A stretch of 63,228 nt of DNA, the filler included, from Octopus bimaculoides (Eukaryota): NCBI RefSeq assembly GCF_001194135.2. It is 9 parts of 9 records of this genome, joined end to end, with 100 filler letters (N's around TTAATTAATTAA, not from the genome) between each part and the next. Parts side by side here need not be neighbours in the genome. Positions count along the whole stretch, not along the records: positions 30,289 to 50,836 come from NC_068994.1; positions 50,937 to 54,441 come from NC_068982.1; 7 more parts are not named here. One strand, given 5' to 3'. Numbering within the stretch: position 1 is the first letter of the stretch; every line of letters begins with the position of its first letter. A program made the position numbers and the translations under genes. Under the pieces are notes generated by a model. It was not told the DNA's origin, ran no database searches, and saw only the letters and a program-made list of their open reading frames with translations. This document shows, piece by piece, positions 40,135 to 51,550 of the stretch.

Positions 40135-42470
40135 TATATTAAACATTTTGAAAAAATATTTATTTTGTTGATTAAAATATAGCAAAGTTAAAAGATCGTT
40201 GAAGCATCAACAGAAACTTCGCTTACATGAAAATTAGTGAAGGTCGAAATATGTGGGCCAAAAAGCATCTTTTTGAGGAATCAGAAGGAGGCCAACATCA
40301 GGAACTGATTCCAGATGCGAAAGAAAGTAAAGAATTTTGGGGAAGGGTTTCGAAACATAAAAAAGCGCGGAGAGGCTAACAAAGGTGGAAAGACAACTTG
40401 CAACTGTACCAAGACAAAAGGATGTCAGAGTTAATCTATATACGGCGAGACAAAAGTTTTTAAAAATAGCAAATTGGAAAGGGCCAGGCTCAGATGGAGT
40501 TCAATGTTATTGACTAAAGAACTTTACACAGTTGCATGAAAGAATTGCTGCGCAACTGGATAAGTGCCTGCAAAAAGGTGATGTCCTTGCCAGGATGACA
40601 AGTGGAAGAAAGCTGCTATGCCTCAAGTATCCCTTGAAAGGGAACCTGGCATCACATTTTTGACCTATAACCTGTTTACCACTAATGTCGAAACTTACGA
40701 CCGGTGTTATGGGGGAAGAGTTATACAACCATATGGAAAGTTACAATCTACTTCCAGAAGAACAGAGAAGATATAGGAAATAAAGTAGGGCAACAAAAGA
40801 TCACCTATTAGTTGATAAAATGTTAATTAAAAATTGTAGACGCAGATTGATGGGAATGAATGTAGCATGGCTAGATTACAAAAAAGTGTATGACATAGTA
40901 ACACACAGTTGGATAAATAAAACAATGAGTATGTTTGGAATAGCAAAAAGCATGGAGAAAATGCTTAATGAAATGAAATAACATTAGAATACTGAATTGA
41001 TTGGAGGAAAACAAAAGCTCGGAAAAGTGAACATCAGACGTGGAATGAATATTTCAAGGTGATAGCTTATCTCCATTACTATTTGTATTGGCTATAACAC
41101 CGCTCACTATGGTACTATGCAAAGCTAAAATTACTTATGATTTGGGAAAAGGAAAAGGTTAGATAGATCATTTTCTTTTCATGAATGATATAAAGGTGCA
41201 TGCGAAAAATGAGAAACAGCCTGAAAGTCTTATACATACTATCTGCATTTTCTCAAATAACGTTGGTATGGAATTTGAGATAGAAAAGTGCGCTATATTG
41301 AAAATGAAATGAGGAAGATTTGAGAGAGGCCAGGGAATTGAAAAGTCAAATGGGTAAACAATGAGAGCGGTTAAGTTGTATAAGTACTTGGGAATGGGAA
41401 TACTGGAAGCAGACGCATCTGAAAGCTGATATCAACTGGCGGAAATTGAGGCTTAACAGCAGTAGAAGAGTGTGTACAGATGGAAAGAAAAGTCTAGGCA
41501 GAGTATTTACAGAGCAGCACAGAAAACTACTGAAGGCAGTTAAGAAAGAACAGGCGTTGAAGCGCATAATAGGAGAAAAGGACAAGAACGAAATTGAAAG
41601 AGAGCACATCAGACAGATCGAAGAGAAACCTCGTCATGGCTAATTTTGGAGAGCCACTGAAGATACATGTGGGACAAAATCCTGGGCTTGGTTAAAAAGG
41701 GGGCAATTAAAAACAAAACAAAAAAGTGAGATCCTAATTGTAGCAGCCCAAGATCAAGTGATAAAAACAAACAACTTGAGAAAAATATATATGGAGAGAA
41801 TGTGTCAGAAAAATGTAGAGCCTATGGAACATGGAAAGAGACAGTGGCATACATTGTGACAGAATTCCCCCAAGTTAGTACAGGAAGAATATAAGAAGTA
41901 GAGGCACGACCAGGTTGTAAAAGTTATACATTAGAAACTGTAAGATCGAAGAGAAACCTCATTATGGCTAATTTTGGAGTGCCACTGAAGATGTATGTGG
42001 GACAAAATCCTGGGCTTGGTTAAAAAAGGGGCAATTAAAAAAACAAAAAAGTGAGATCCTATGGTACTATGATTGAGTCGAAAGAGTACTGGAGTTGGAA
42101 AAATGTAAGATTTTGCGGGACTTTCCTATCAAACAGATAAGAAATGATAAAATAATAGACCAGACATAACGATTGTAGATATGGAAAAGCGAAGTTGCTT
42201 ACTTATCGACCCGTCATGCCTGTTTGATTCCAGAATCGTAAAGAAAGAGGAAGAAAAATATGCAATCCCTTAAAGTGTGAAACAGGAAGAATTTGGAGCA
42301 TGCAAACAGTAAAGGTCGCGCATATAATAATTGGTGCACAGGGGACAGTAAGCTAAGATATAGACAATTGGCATAAAGAGATTGAAATAGAATGCCTGGT
42401 AGAGCTCCTACAGAAAGTTTGTCTCATAGGGACAGCAAGGACTATTAGGAGGGTTCTAAGCACTTGAAAG
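40135..42470 (+). mobile_element. Decayed R4/Dong-like non-LTR retrotransposon (RT + CCHC + REL endonuclease)
   Basis: Broken-frame motifs [39 protein letters not shown] (41050), F-MNDIK, YKYLG, RHDQV, NRPDI (42154) and IIIGAQG. Confidence 0.9.
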
Positions 42471-42699
42471 ACTGCTGAAAACTTGTGGATACCTAAGATT
42501 ACAGGTAGTAACCCGCAATCAACACAAATCCTACTAGGAATAAGATCGGATTTGAGCCAAACCAAAACAATAATGATTTCAAATTTTGACATAAGGGCAG
42601 CAATTTCGGAGAAGAATAAGTCGCTTTCATCAATCCAGTGCTTTACTGGTAATCATTTTAACGACTCGATAACGGTGTGAACGGGACTGGAACTAATGG

Positions 42700-43180
42700 T
42701 GAAGGTGCCGCACCCGGCAGGTGCCCCACAAAAATTAGCATTGCTTGAAACTGCAAGTATTCTTCGCAGGGTTCTTGAAGCATTACCCGTAAACAAGTGT
42801 CACCCTTGTCTGCTGGCTGTGGACAGCTGACACTTTCCATCATGTGTTGCAAAATAAACTGTGATTTTTCATATAATAATAATAATGATAATGATAATAA
42901 TAATAAGCGTGCCTGTTAATTGACATGACACTGCCTACTGATGGAAACATCTCAGCAAAGGAATTTCAAAAACTGTCAAAATATAAGGACCTTGAGATTG
43001 AGATATCTAAGACGGGGCAATTAAAAATCCAAAACCATCCCTATTGTTGTAGGGGTCATGGAAATGATCGAGAAAAGTAGTGACAATTTTTTTTGACCAG
43101 CTCCCTGGGAAATCAGCAATCTATGAGAATAAAAAAATTGTGTTGACATCACCCGCCCACATTCCCAGGAAGTTTCATTC
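42700..43180 (+). mobile_element. Two further REL-type LINE 3' fragments separated by (AAT)n
   Basis: QKLALLETASILRRVLE plus tail at 42700-42905, and QKLSKYKDLEIEISK...IPIVVG at 42950-43180. Confidence 0.7.
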
Positions 43181-43240
43181 CAACTAATAAATACGTGGTT
43201 GAGGCCCGGTCGGAAGATGGAATAAAAAGCAAATCAATCG

Positions 43241-43289
<49 letters not shown>

Positions 43290-44036
43290 TATTATTATTA
43301 TTATTATTATTATTACTAATTTTGATCCGAAGCCAGCAATTTCAGGAGCAGAGGCTTAGACGATTACATTGACCGCAGTACTTGATTGCTACTTTATTTT
43401 ATCAATCCCGACAGGATGAGAAGTAAATTTGGCTTTGGCAGGGTTTGAACTCAGAACGTAAAAACCTGGAAAAAATGTCGCTATGCATGTTGTACGATGC
43501 ACTAACGATCTTGCCACCTCACTACCTTACTAATAACACTAACCACAAGAAGTTGAACGTTGTGGTAATCTTGCGCAACCTGAGTTCGCAACTCTGTTTC
43601 AATTACATTTGAATGTTGTTGCATATGTCATGTATTGCTAACATGATTACTATTTCTCTATATTTCCCTTTGCATAAAGTAATACAATTTAGCAGAAATA
43701 GAATCAAAGTACTGATATGGTTTCTTTTAGCCATATATTTATTCGTGCACAACGATGCGACTTTAGTTCCCTCTTAATGTTATTCACTTCACTTATACCA
43801 ACAATGTTCAATGAAAATGCAGAAAAAAATTACAATTTTCCACTTACTTAGTCGAAAATTTTGGGTCTTTGCCGAGTAAGAAATAAATCGCACTCATTTT
43901 ATTGCTTGATTAGGATTAAAGTTAATTGTTTAAGTGTAGAAGAATAGTTGACAGATACTATGAAACTGAGATGACTTTTATATTAAAACAGAATGAAAGA
44001 GATCACGGTACATATACATATACATATATATGTATG

Positions 44037-44082
<46 letters not shown>

Positions 44083-44400
44083 NNNNNNNNNNNNNNNNNN
44101 NNNNNNNNNNNNNNNNNNNNNNNNNNNNNNNNNNNNNNNNNNNNNNNNNNNNNNNNNNNNNNNNNNNNNNNNNNNNNNNNNNNNNNNNNNNNNNNNNNNN
44201 NNNNNNNNNNNNNNNNNNNNNNNNNNNNNNNNNNNNNNNNNNNNNNNNNNNNNNNNNNNNNNNNNNNNNNNNNNNNNNNNNNNNNNNNNNNNNNNNNNNN
44301 NNNNNNNNNNNNNNNNNNNNNNNNNNNNNNNNNNNNNNNNNNNNNNNNNNNNNNNNNNNNNNNNNNNNNNNNNNNNNNNNNNNNNNNNNNNNNNNNNNNN

Positions 44401-44432
<32 letters not shown>

Positions 44433-44867
44433 AGACTAGCGAGACAAATAAATGTTTGTCATAAAAGTTTATCTCGGTGTCCAATATACTCATCGATTTT
44501 GCAGTATTACAGCGGTTCTCTTTCAAATCTCTACTACTTACAATGATGAAGATTGGGTTCTTGACAGCTTTGGCAATTAACACACTTGTGTCGGTAACGA
44601 GTACTGATTACAGACTTTTCAGTCTTGTATTATTTCCAGTCAAATTAGAAATTTGTTACAATCATATGTTAATTATATTATCTGCTCAATACCAAGAGTT
44701 GGCAATATCTATTCATATTAATGACTTATTTAAATAGATGTCATGCAGGAATTTGTTTTTATAATCATTGTACCTTAGTGACTAACATCCTATTAATGTT
44801 ACATAAAATCTCTTTTACAAAAATTGAGTTCTGAAAAGTTCTTTTCTTTCTTTTTCGTGTTTTGTAG

Positions 44868-44945
44868 ATTGTACAAAAACCCAGAAAGATTGTCAAGTGG
44901 GATATGAGTTTAGAAAGGAAGAGTGCCAATGTGTAAAACGCACAA
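44868..44945 (+). CDS. Coding exon C: short 4-Cys module C-x6-C-x10-C-x-C
   Basis: Long pyrimidine acceptor ...tttttcgtgttttgtag|, donor |gtaggt, 78 bp, phase 1-1. Translates to (N)CTKTQKDCQVGYEFRKEECQCVKRT, in frame with exons B and D. Confidence 0.75.
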
Positions 44946-45149
44946 GTAGGTAAAACTATAACTCACCCTCACCCCACTCCAGATGGAAGCACGCATATAC
45001 ACTTACATATACAAGCTGCATTCTAAAATGTTTTAGAATATTTCCTAGAAATAACTTCACAGAAGTACAAAACTCCAATCTTCTTCAAAGTAGGATCCAC
45101 TGACTTCATTATGTATTTAACATATTCTCTTATCAAAATAATATACAAT

Positions 45150-45720
45150 ACAACCCCCCCCCCAAAGACTCCACTGGGGTAAATACAAATGACACTTCTA
45201 TTTGCTTGCTTACTTGCTTATGACAATTCATCAAAGGTGAGGACAGAGTCGATCCAAGACATTCATCCTCCTCCACGTGCAGCACATTGTTACTCATGGT
45301 AGCGGACGTGGCTGACAAGATAAGCAGATCTTGTGGCATTGAAAGCACTGAAAATGATCCTGTGCAACAGCTGCAAGGGCTTGATGATAACCTATCCTCC
45401 TCTCTTCATGCGGTTTCCTGCATTTGGTTTCAAAGTGCTCTAATCCAACATAACACACAGGCCTTCATACTTCCGATTTTAAATCAGGAGCTCCAACCGA
45501 CTGGGACGGACATTGCATAAAATGAGAAAACGAAGTTTTGGTGGTCTATGAAGCCTACTTCTAGTCTCGATCTCACTGAAAAGGACCCTTTTAGGCATCT
45601 GACTCATATGGTCAAATCGGTGGAGAAGGTGACAAAGGATTCAAGCCTCAACGCTATAAATCCTAGCTCTCAGGAGGATTTCAGTATGAAGCATTTTGTC
45701 CTTGCTTCTAGAAGAAATTT
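45150..45720 (+). mobile_element. Probable RTE-like RT relic in an intron
   Basis: GC-richer island. The peptide SCIWFQSALIQHNTQAFILPILN resembles the RTE post-RT W.s..L...tK......vlpiLlYG pattern. Confidence 0.35.
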
Positions 45721-46474
45721 AATAAACAAATAAAAAAAAAAATCAAGTCATACATAGACACTGGACACTAACACATACGATTAGTTAATTAGTAGAGAAA
45801 ACTTTAACGAAGTGGCAACTGTAATTAAATTCTAGAAAAAAACTGTGTATTACTAGAGATTTTGATGCAATCCAGGTCCTAATACAACTCATGTTGTCAA
45901 GTTATTAAATATAAGACATCTTTTATGATGTAAGGCTTTAAAATAGAGTAATTTACTATGTTCAGGCATAACAGGATGAACTGTCTGATGAAGTATTGAA
46001 CTAAAATTTAACCAAAGACAACAAAAAGAAATTTGGTTTTAGACATTTTTCTTATATGCTATTTATGATGCATTATTAAATATAACTGCATTTGATTTTG
46101 TTTTTCATATATCACACAATCCACACAGCATATGGCATATTCAACTTAATACTTAGATAATTTAAAGAAAGAATTTCAGAAAAGCTATTTTGTTTAGTTA
46201 TATTATATTTTAAGAAATGTAAACTGCTTTAGCTTTTGTATTCTCTTGAGGCTACAGATTGTACTTACTTATACATTATAATCGAGTGAAGGAAACCAAC
46301 AATAGCGACACCGAATTTTGTGGCGAATGGGTTTTATTTGGAATTGAAGTCGATGATGCTGGAGGTATGCAATACGTTGCAAACAAAAAATGAAGTTCGT
46401 TAGACAGTTCATTGTAAATTTTCCCTTTTCTTAATTATTCTACATAAATGTTTGAACATCTCATTTCATTGCAG

Positions 46475-46624
46475 TTTGTACCGATCAATATAACGTGATG
46501 TCACCAAATTCTGAAGTATACCTGCAGTTGATGAATGGTAAATGGATCGAATCCAAGTGCATTCCTGGTTACAGTTTCAACTTAACCACATGTACTTGCT
46601 CTGATAAGATCCCTATCATATACA
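46475..46624 (+). CDS. Coding exon D: 4-Cys CBM14-variant module C-x26-C-x10-C-x-C
   Basis: Acceptor catttcattgcag|, donor |gtaatg, 150 bp, phase 1-1. Translates to (I)CTDQYNVMSPNSEVYLQLMNGKWIESKCIPGYSFNLTTCTCSDKIPIIY. Confidence 0.85.
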
Positions 46625-47239
46625 GTAATGTATTCTATTTTAGTATATCTTTCTAAAAGGGTCATGGATAGAAGAATCAGTACTGGAGTATATACAATCT
46701 TATAATTTTTTTCTATAGTTTAAGAATACAAGAAATCATCAATAGGATCTCTTTTTATAAAGACGTTCAGAGTATGAATGATCAAATTATCAACTGAATA
46801 GGTTTTAGGGTTAATAATCATCATACTTCAAACAAATTAAATGACTTATCGCCAGACGAAAGAAATCAGTATTATCGAGTTGTATTGTAATATATCTTTC
46901 ATGCTTTGAAAAAATGCAAGAACAATCTCATTCTTCTTTGTAAATCTGTGGCTTTGTACGTAAGTAAGAAATTAATTGTTGTATGGGGAATCTGTACACC
47001 CCTGTTAATGGGTAAGTATACTATACTAGTTAGTATAAATGAGCATGCACAGACCCATCTGAGAAGACTGTCATATGCGCAATCATAGTGTACAGGTCGT
47101 AGGAATTATTGAATAGAGATATCGTGGAGTGCTAGTTGAAGATACACAGTTGGAGAGTAATAAGAGAACATCAAGAACGTTTGATATCATAACAGTTCAG
47201 ATATAACAATGACCACGAGAAGTCGTACGTCATATCCTT

Positions 47240-47352
47240 ATTCCATAGTATTGGCATAGCTTCCAGTATTTTTAAGTCCAAACTCTGTCGTGTCTGTAAA
47301 TATATTCCTTCTTATCCAGGACTGGGCAGCCAGAAACAATATGATTAATTGA
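47240..47352 (-). mobile_element. R4/Dong-like CCHC zinc-knuckle fragment
   Basis: Minus strand gives SINHIVSGCPVLDKKEYIYRHDRV, directly after (AAT)n. Confidence 0.7.
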
Positions 47353-47360
47353 GCCAGAAA

Positions 47361-47432
<72 letters not shown>

Positions 47433-47474
47433 CATCATCATCATCATCATCATTATTATAATCATCATCATCAT

Positions 47475-47882
47475 TGAGTGAGAGAGCAGTGCATGCCATC
47501 AAAGTGACACTCGGGTAAAATATACGAAGCCCAGGATACCCATCATGACTACCCGCTCAAAAGGTACCCAAATAAGGGTTGTCTAAGGATGATGAACAAG
47601 ATACCCTGTTTCCAAAGGTGAATTATCCAAACTTCAACACATGGCTATGATGCTCCCCCACTACTTCTGCTCGTGATCAGAGATGCACATATTGTCAGCC
47701 ACCAAGGGACATGCTCAACTGGTTAAGGTCAAACAAATGACAAGCAAATCTGTGGTATTGAGCAGAATATTTACTGTAGCCCATCTTTTATACCAAGACA
47801 AAACAGTGTACATGATAACACTTCCAATCAATTAAGATCAGAAGCCATGAGAACCACTGCCTGGTACTGCATCAGGGCATTT
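47475..47882. mobile_element. Repeat D copy 4 (internal deletion)
   Basis: Joins gactaccc directly to gctcaaaaggt, losing roughly 140 bp. Confidence 0.85.
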
Positions 47883-48136
47883 ATTATTATTATTAAGGCG
47901 GCCAGCTAGCATAATTGTTAGCACTCCGGACAAAATGCTGCTAAGCATTTCACCCATCTTTACGTTCTGAAATCAAATTCCGCTGAGGTTGATTTTGCCT
48001 TTTATCCTTTTGGGGGGTCAATGAAATAATTACCAGTTGAGGACTGGGGGTTGATGCAATCGACTAGTCCCCTCACACCAAATTTCAGGCTTTGTGCCTA
48101 TAGTAGAAATAATTATCATTATTATTCTTATTATTA

Positions 48137-48675
48137 TTGAGTGAGAGAGCAGAGTACGGCATCAAAGTGACACTGGGGTACAAATATACAAAACCCAGTA
48201 TACCCATAATGACTACCCGTCTAATAAGGGGAGACCAGGCACATACATCACAACCATATGTGCGCGACATGGTGATCTCATATCAAGATAAACTGTGCAT
48301 GATCTTACAGGTGGGGGCCCAGTTAAAATCTTCTTCAGGTCGAGTAGCCCATCTCACTCAAAAGGTCCCTGAATAAGGTTTTTTTTAAGGATGATGAACG
48401 AAACACCCACGTTTCCAGTGGTGAATTATTCAAACTTCAAAGAATTGATGCTCCCCCACCACTTCTGCTCGTATTCAGAGATTCACATATCATCAACCTC
48501 TAAGGAGCATGCTCAACTGGTTAAAGTTAAGGAAGTGACAATAAAATCTATGGTATTGAGCAGAATATTTGCTGTAGCCCATCTTTTATACCATGACAAA
48601 ACATGTACATAACACTTCAAACCAGTGTAGATCAAACGCCAAGAGAGCCACTGGTTGGCATTGCATCAGGGCAAA
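48137..48675. mobile_element. Repeat D copy 5
   Basis: Full length, with (ATT)n flanks. Confidence 0.85.
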
Positions 48676-48677
48676 AG

Positions 48678-48705
<28 letters not shown>

Positions 48706-48710
<5 letters not shown>

Positions 48711-48831
48711 TAGTTTTATTTTTATAACGTGCTTTCACTTCACTACCGAGCGCAGCTCTGTGCGCCTTGGGTATGTGCTGTGGTTTGCTGTGGTGCTCTT
48801 ATGTTTACTGTATTGAAAGTGTTTTGCGTAG
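48706..48831 (-). mobile_element. REL-type LINE 3' UTR (family A)
   Basis: Reverse complement of 9645-9770, ending in (AAT)n. Confidence 0.8.
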
Positions 48832-48905
48832 NNNNNNNNNNNNNNNNNNNNNNNNNNNNNNNNNNNNNNNNNNNNNNNNNNNNNNNNNNNNNNNNNNNNN
48901 NNNNN

Positions 48906-48989
<84 letters not shown>

Positions 48990-49394
48990 GAGCAAGGCGG
49001 TGGGCTGGCAGAATCGTTAGCACACCGAGCAAAGTGCTTAGCAGCATTTCACCAGTCTTTATGTTCTGAGTTCAAACTCCACCGAGGTTGACTTTGCCTT
49101 TCATCCTTTCGAGGTCAATAAATTAAGTATCAGCAAAACACTGGAGTTGATGTAAGCGCCTAGTCCCTTCTCCTAAAATTTCAGGCCTTGTGCCTGTAAC
49201 AGAAAGGATTATTATTATTGTTGTTGTGAGTTCAAATTCCTCCGAGGTCGACTTTACCTTTTATCCTTTGAGGCGATGGATTAAATACGAGTTGAACACT
49301 GGGGTCAATGTGATCGACACATCCCCTCCCCAAAAATGGCTGCCCTTCTGGCAAAATTTGATACCATTATTATTATTATTATTTAAGACGTCGC

Positions 49395-49692
49395 ACAGTA
49401 TCCAACATCGTGATGTTGTTGATTGAAGATGTTATGTCTACCGGGGGTTTGTACTGTCTGTCAAATCACAGCAAGGACCTCAGACAGTGCTTTATGCAAT
49501 ATGTTTGCAGTTCGAAGTAATGCCCATTTCTGCAATACACCTAGATTGCAGGGTATTTCTAAAGTTTCCAGATGTTTCTTCAGGTTAGGTGGTATTGAAC
49601 CCAATGCTCCGATCACAATAGGGACAACCTTCATGTTTGACTCTGGTAGCTGCTGCATCTTAACGATCTCAATTCTCGGGTCTCCATATTTA
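49395..49692 (-). mobile_element. REL-type LINE 3' fragment (another family)
   Basis: DKYGDPRIEIVKM...KVVPIVIGALGSIPPNLKKHLETL...LQKWALLRTANILHK, bracketed by (AAT)n. Confidence 0.8.
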
Positions 49693-49695
49693 TCA

Positions 49696-49752
<57 letters not shown>

Positions 49753-50288
49753 GTCATTATTATTATTTCAAGTGTATACAAAATTTTCGCCTTATTTCTC
49801 AAACCATCCAAAAAATGACGGGTTTGAGAATCATGTTGATGCCTGCAAAATCAAATCAAATTTTAAAAACTTGAAAATGATCTTTGCTCTTCTTACAGAA
49901 GTCATGTTGAAAATACTTCTGCTGTGACTCCTGAAATTATTAAATACAAATCTTTCTTAAATTTTTATGTATCGTTGAGAAAAAAGTTTTAGAGTATGAA
50001 ATATTGATTTAAGCTCCTACTGTGACATGACACTAGATGAGTTGTTATCTAACTTTCGAGAGGCGGACGAACTGAGATAGTATAGAATACAGTACTTTTT
50101 TTTTCTTATGACAATAAAATGCTTGCTACGAAGTGAAAGTTGATAATTCATTTCTCTACTCAGTTACTTCATTCCTGTTTTAAAAGATACGTTAATAATC
50201 GCCAAATTGTTCACTCGGTTGTTTTACTCCGATTATAAATATAATTAATTCAAACTCGTATATTTGTTGTTGTTTTTTCCTAATTTAG

Positions 50289-50420
50289 AGTGTCCCGAAA
50301 GTTACAAAGTTCACACTGACCAAGGCAAATACTACATCTTGGAGAACAGTGTGTATGTTGAACGAACATGCCCGTCTGAACATAAGTTTAATCTAACTGA
50401 CTGCCGGTGCCACCTACAGA
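50289..50420 (+). CDS. Coding exon E: 4-Cys CBM14-variant module C-x25-C-x10-C-x-C
   Basis: Acceptor ttttttcctaatttag|, donor |gtaagt, 132 bp, phase 1-1. Translates to (K)CPESYKVHTDQGKYYILENSVYVERTCPSEHKFNLTDCRCHLQ, which is homologous to exon D. Confidence 0.85.
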
Positions 50421-50793
50421 GTAAGTAACATCAACAGTACTCATCTTTATATATAGATAAGTTGTCATAACAGGAATGTTTTTAATGGAAGGTTTTTTTT
50501 GACAGGGTTGACTTGGCTCTCAACAACAAGAGCAACCACCACAAAACAGACTAGCAATGAGTTATACCATTACGCGATCACCCAGCAAACCTTTCACAAA
50601 TCTCAAATTACTATCTTAAAAAAGGGACACAGGAGCAAGTGTGATTGTGTAGTAAGAAGCTTGCTTCCCAGCCACATGATTCAGGGTCACTCCCACTGCA
50701 TGGCACCTTGAATAAGTGTTTACCACAATAGCTTCGGGTCAACCAAAGCCTTGTGAGTGAATTTGGTAGATGGAAACTGAAAGAAGCCCGTCG

Positions 50794-50831
<38 letters not shown>

Positions 50832-51550
50832 TATATNNNNNNNNNNNNNNNNNNNNNNNNNNNNNNNNNNNNNNNNNNNNTTAATTAATTAANNNNNNNN
50901 NNNNNNNNNNNNNNNNNNNNNNNNNNNNNNNNNNNNATATATATATATATATATATACGGTTTAGATATAGATTCAAGGCTTGAATATGGTACTTATGCG
51001 AAGGCACCCGAATTTCACATCCCAAAAGGATGGGTGATTAAAATCAAATAATAAGCAACACGGATTTCAAAAGTGATTGCAGTACGCACGTTTCATGCTA
51101 CTTCAATTTATTTAAGTAATGTGAGCATTACCTTAAATGCAATATGAAGAGCAATCTTCAGCTGCACGAAAAAATGTAGAAAAAAAGACATATTACAAAT
51201 GTGGCAACATATTAAAACCAAGTGGGAGAGAGCAGAGGAAGAATATATAAGTCCATCTTGACATAGCAGGGTCTATCAGGCTAGTATATATATATAAATA
51301 TATATATATATATCAGAACCAGAATTAAAAGAAATGGCAGGTGTCAAAATCTACATATATGTTTCAATTCATGCCCTTAGGTGAATAGTAATCCTAATCA
51401 TTTCAGTAAGGTCATATGCTAAGAATTGGTCATTATTTTCAACTATATGAAATCTCATAAGGACTTTATGAGCTGATACTACAAAGGTTAACATATTTCT
51501 TGAAAGTATGCAGGCGAATTTCTAATACGTTTAAGAAGTTAGATCATATA

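Noticed and set aside
47895-49370. Regularly alternating repeat/unique blocks that might suggest an array system
   Set aside because: The units are ordinary SINE, repeat D and LINE fragments separated by (AAT)n. There are no constant-length repeats and spacers and no CRISPR.
50506-50640. Phase-1 Thr-rich reading (LTWLSTTRATTTKQT...) 85 bp after exon E
   Set aside because: The sequence resembles the repeat relic seen at about 1010-1145 and runs into a SINE, with no phase-compatible donor. Exonisation cannot be excluded without RNA-seq.
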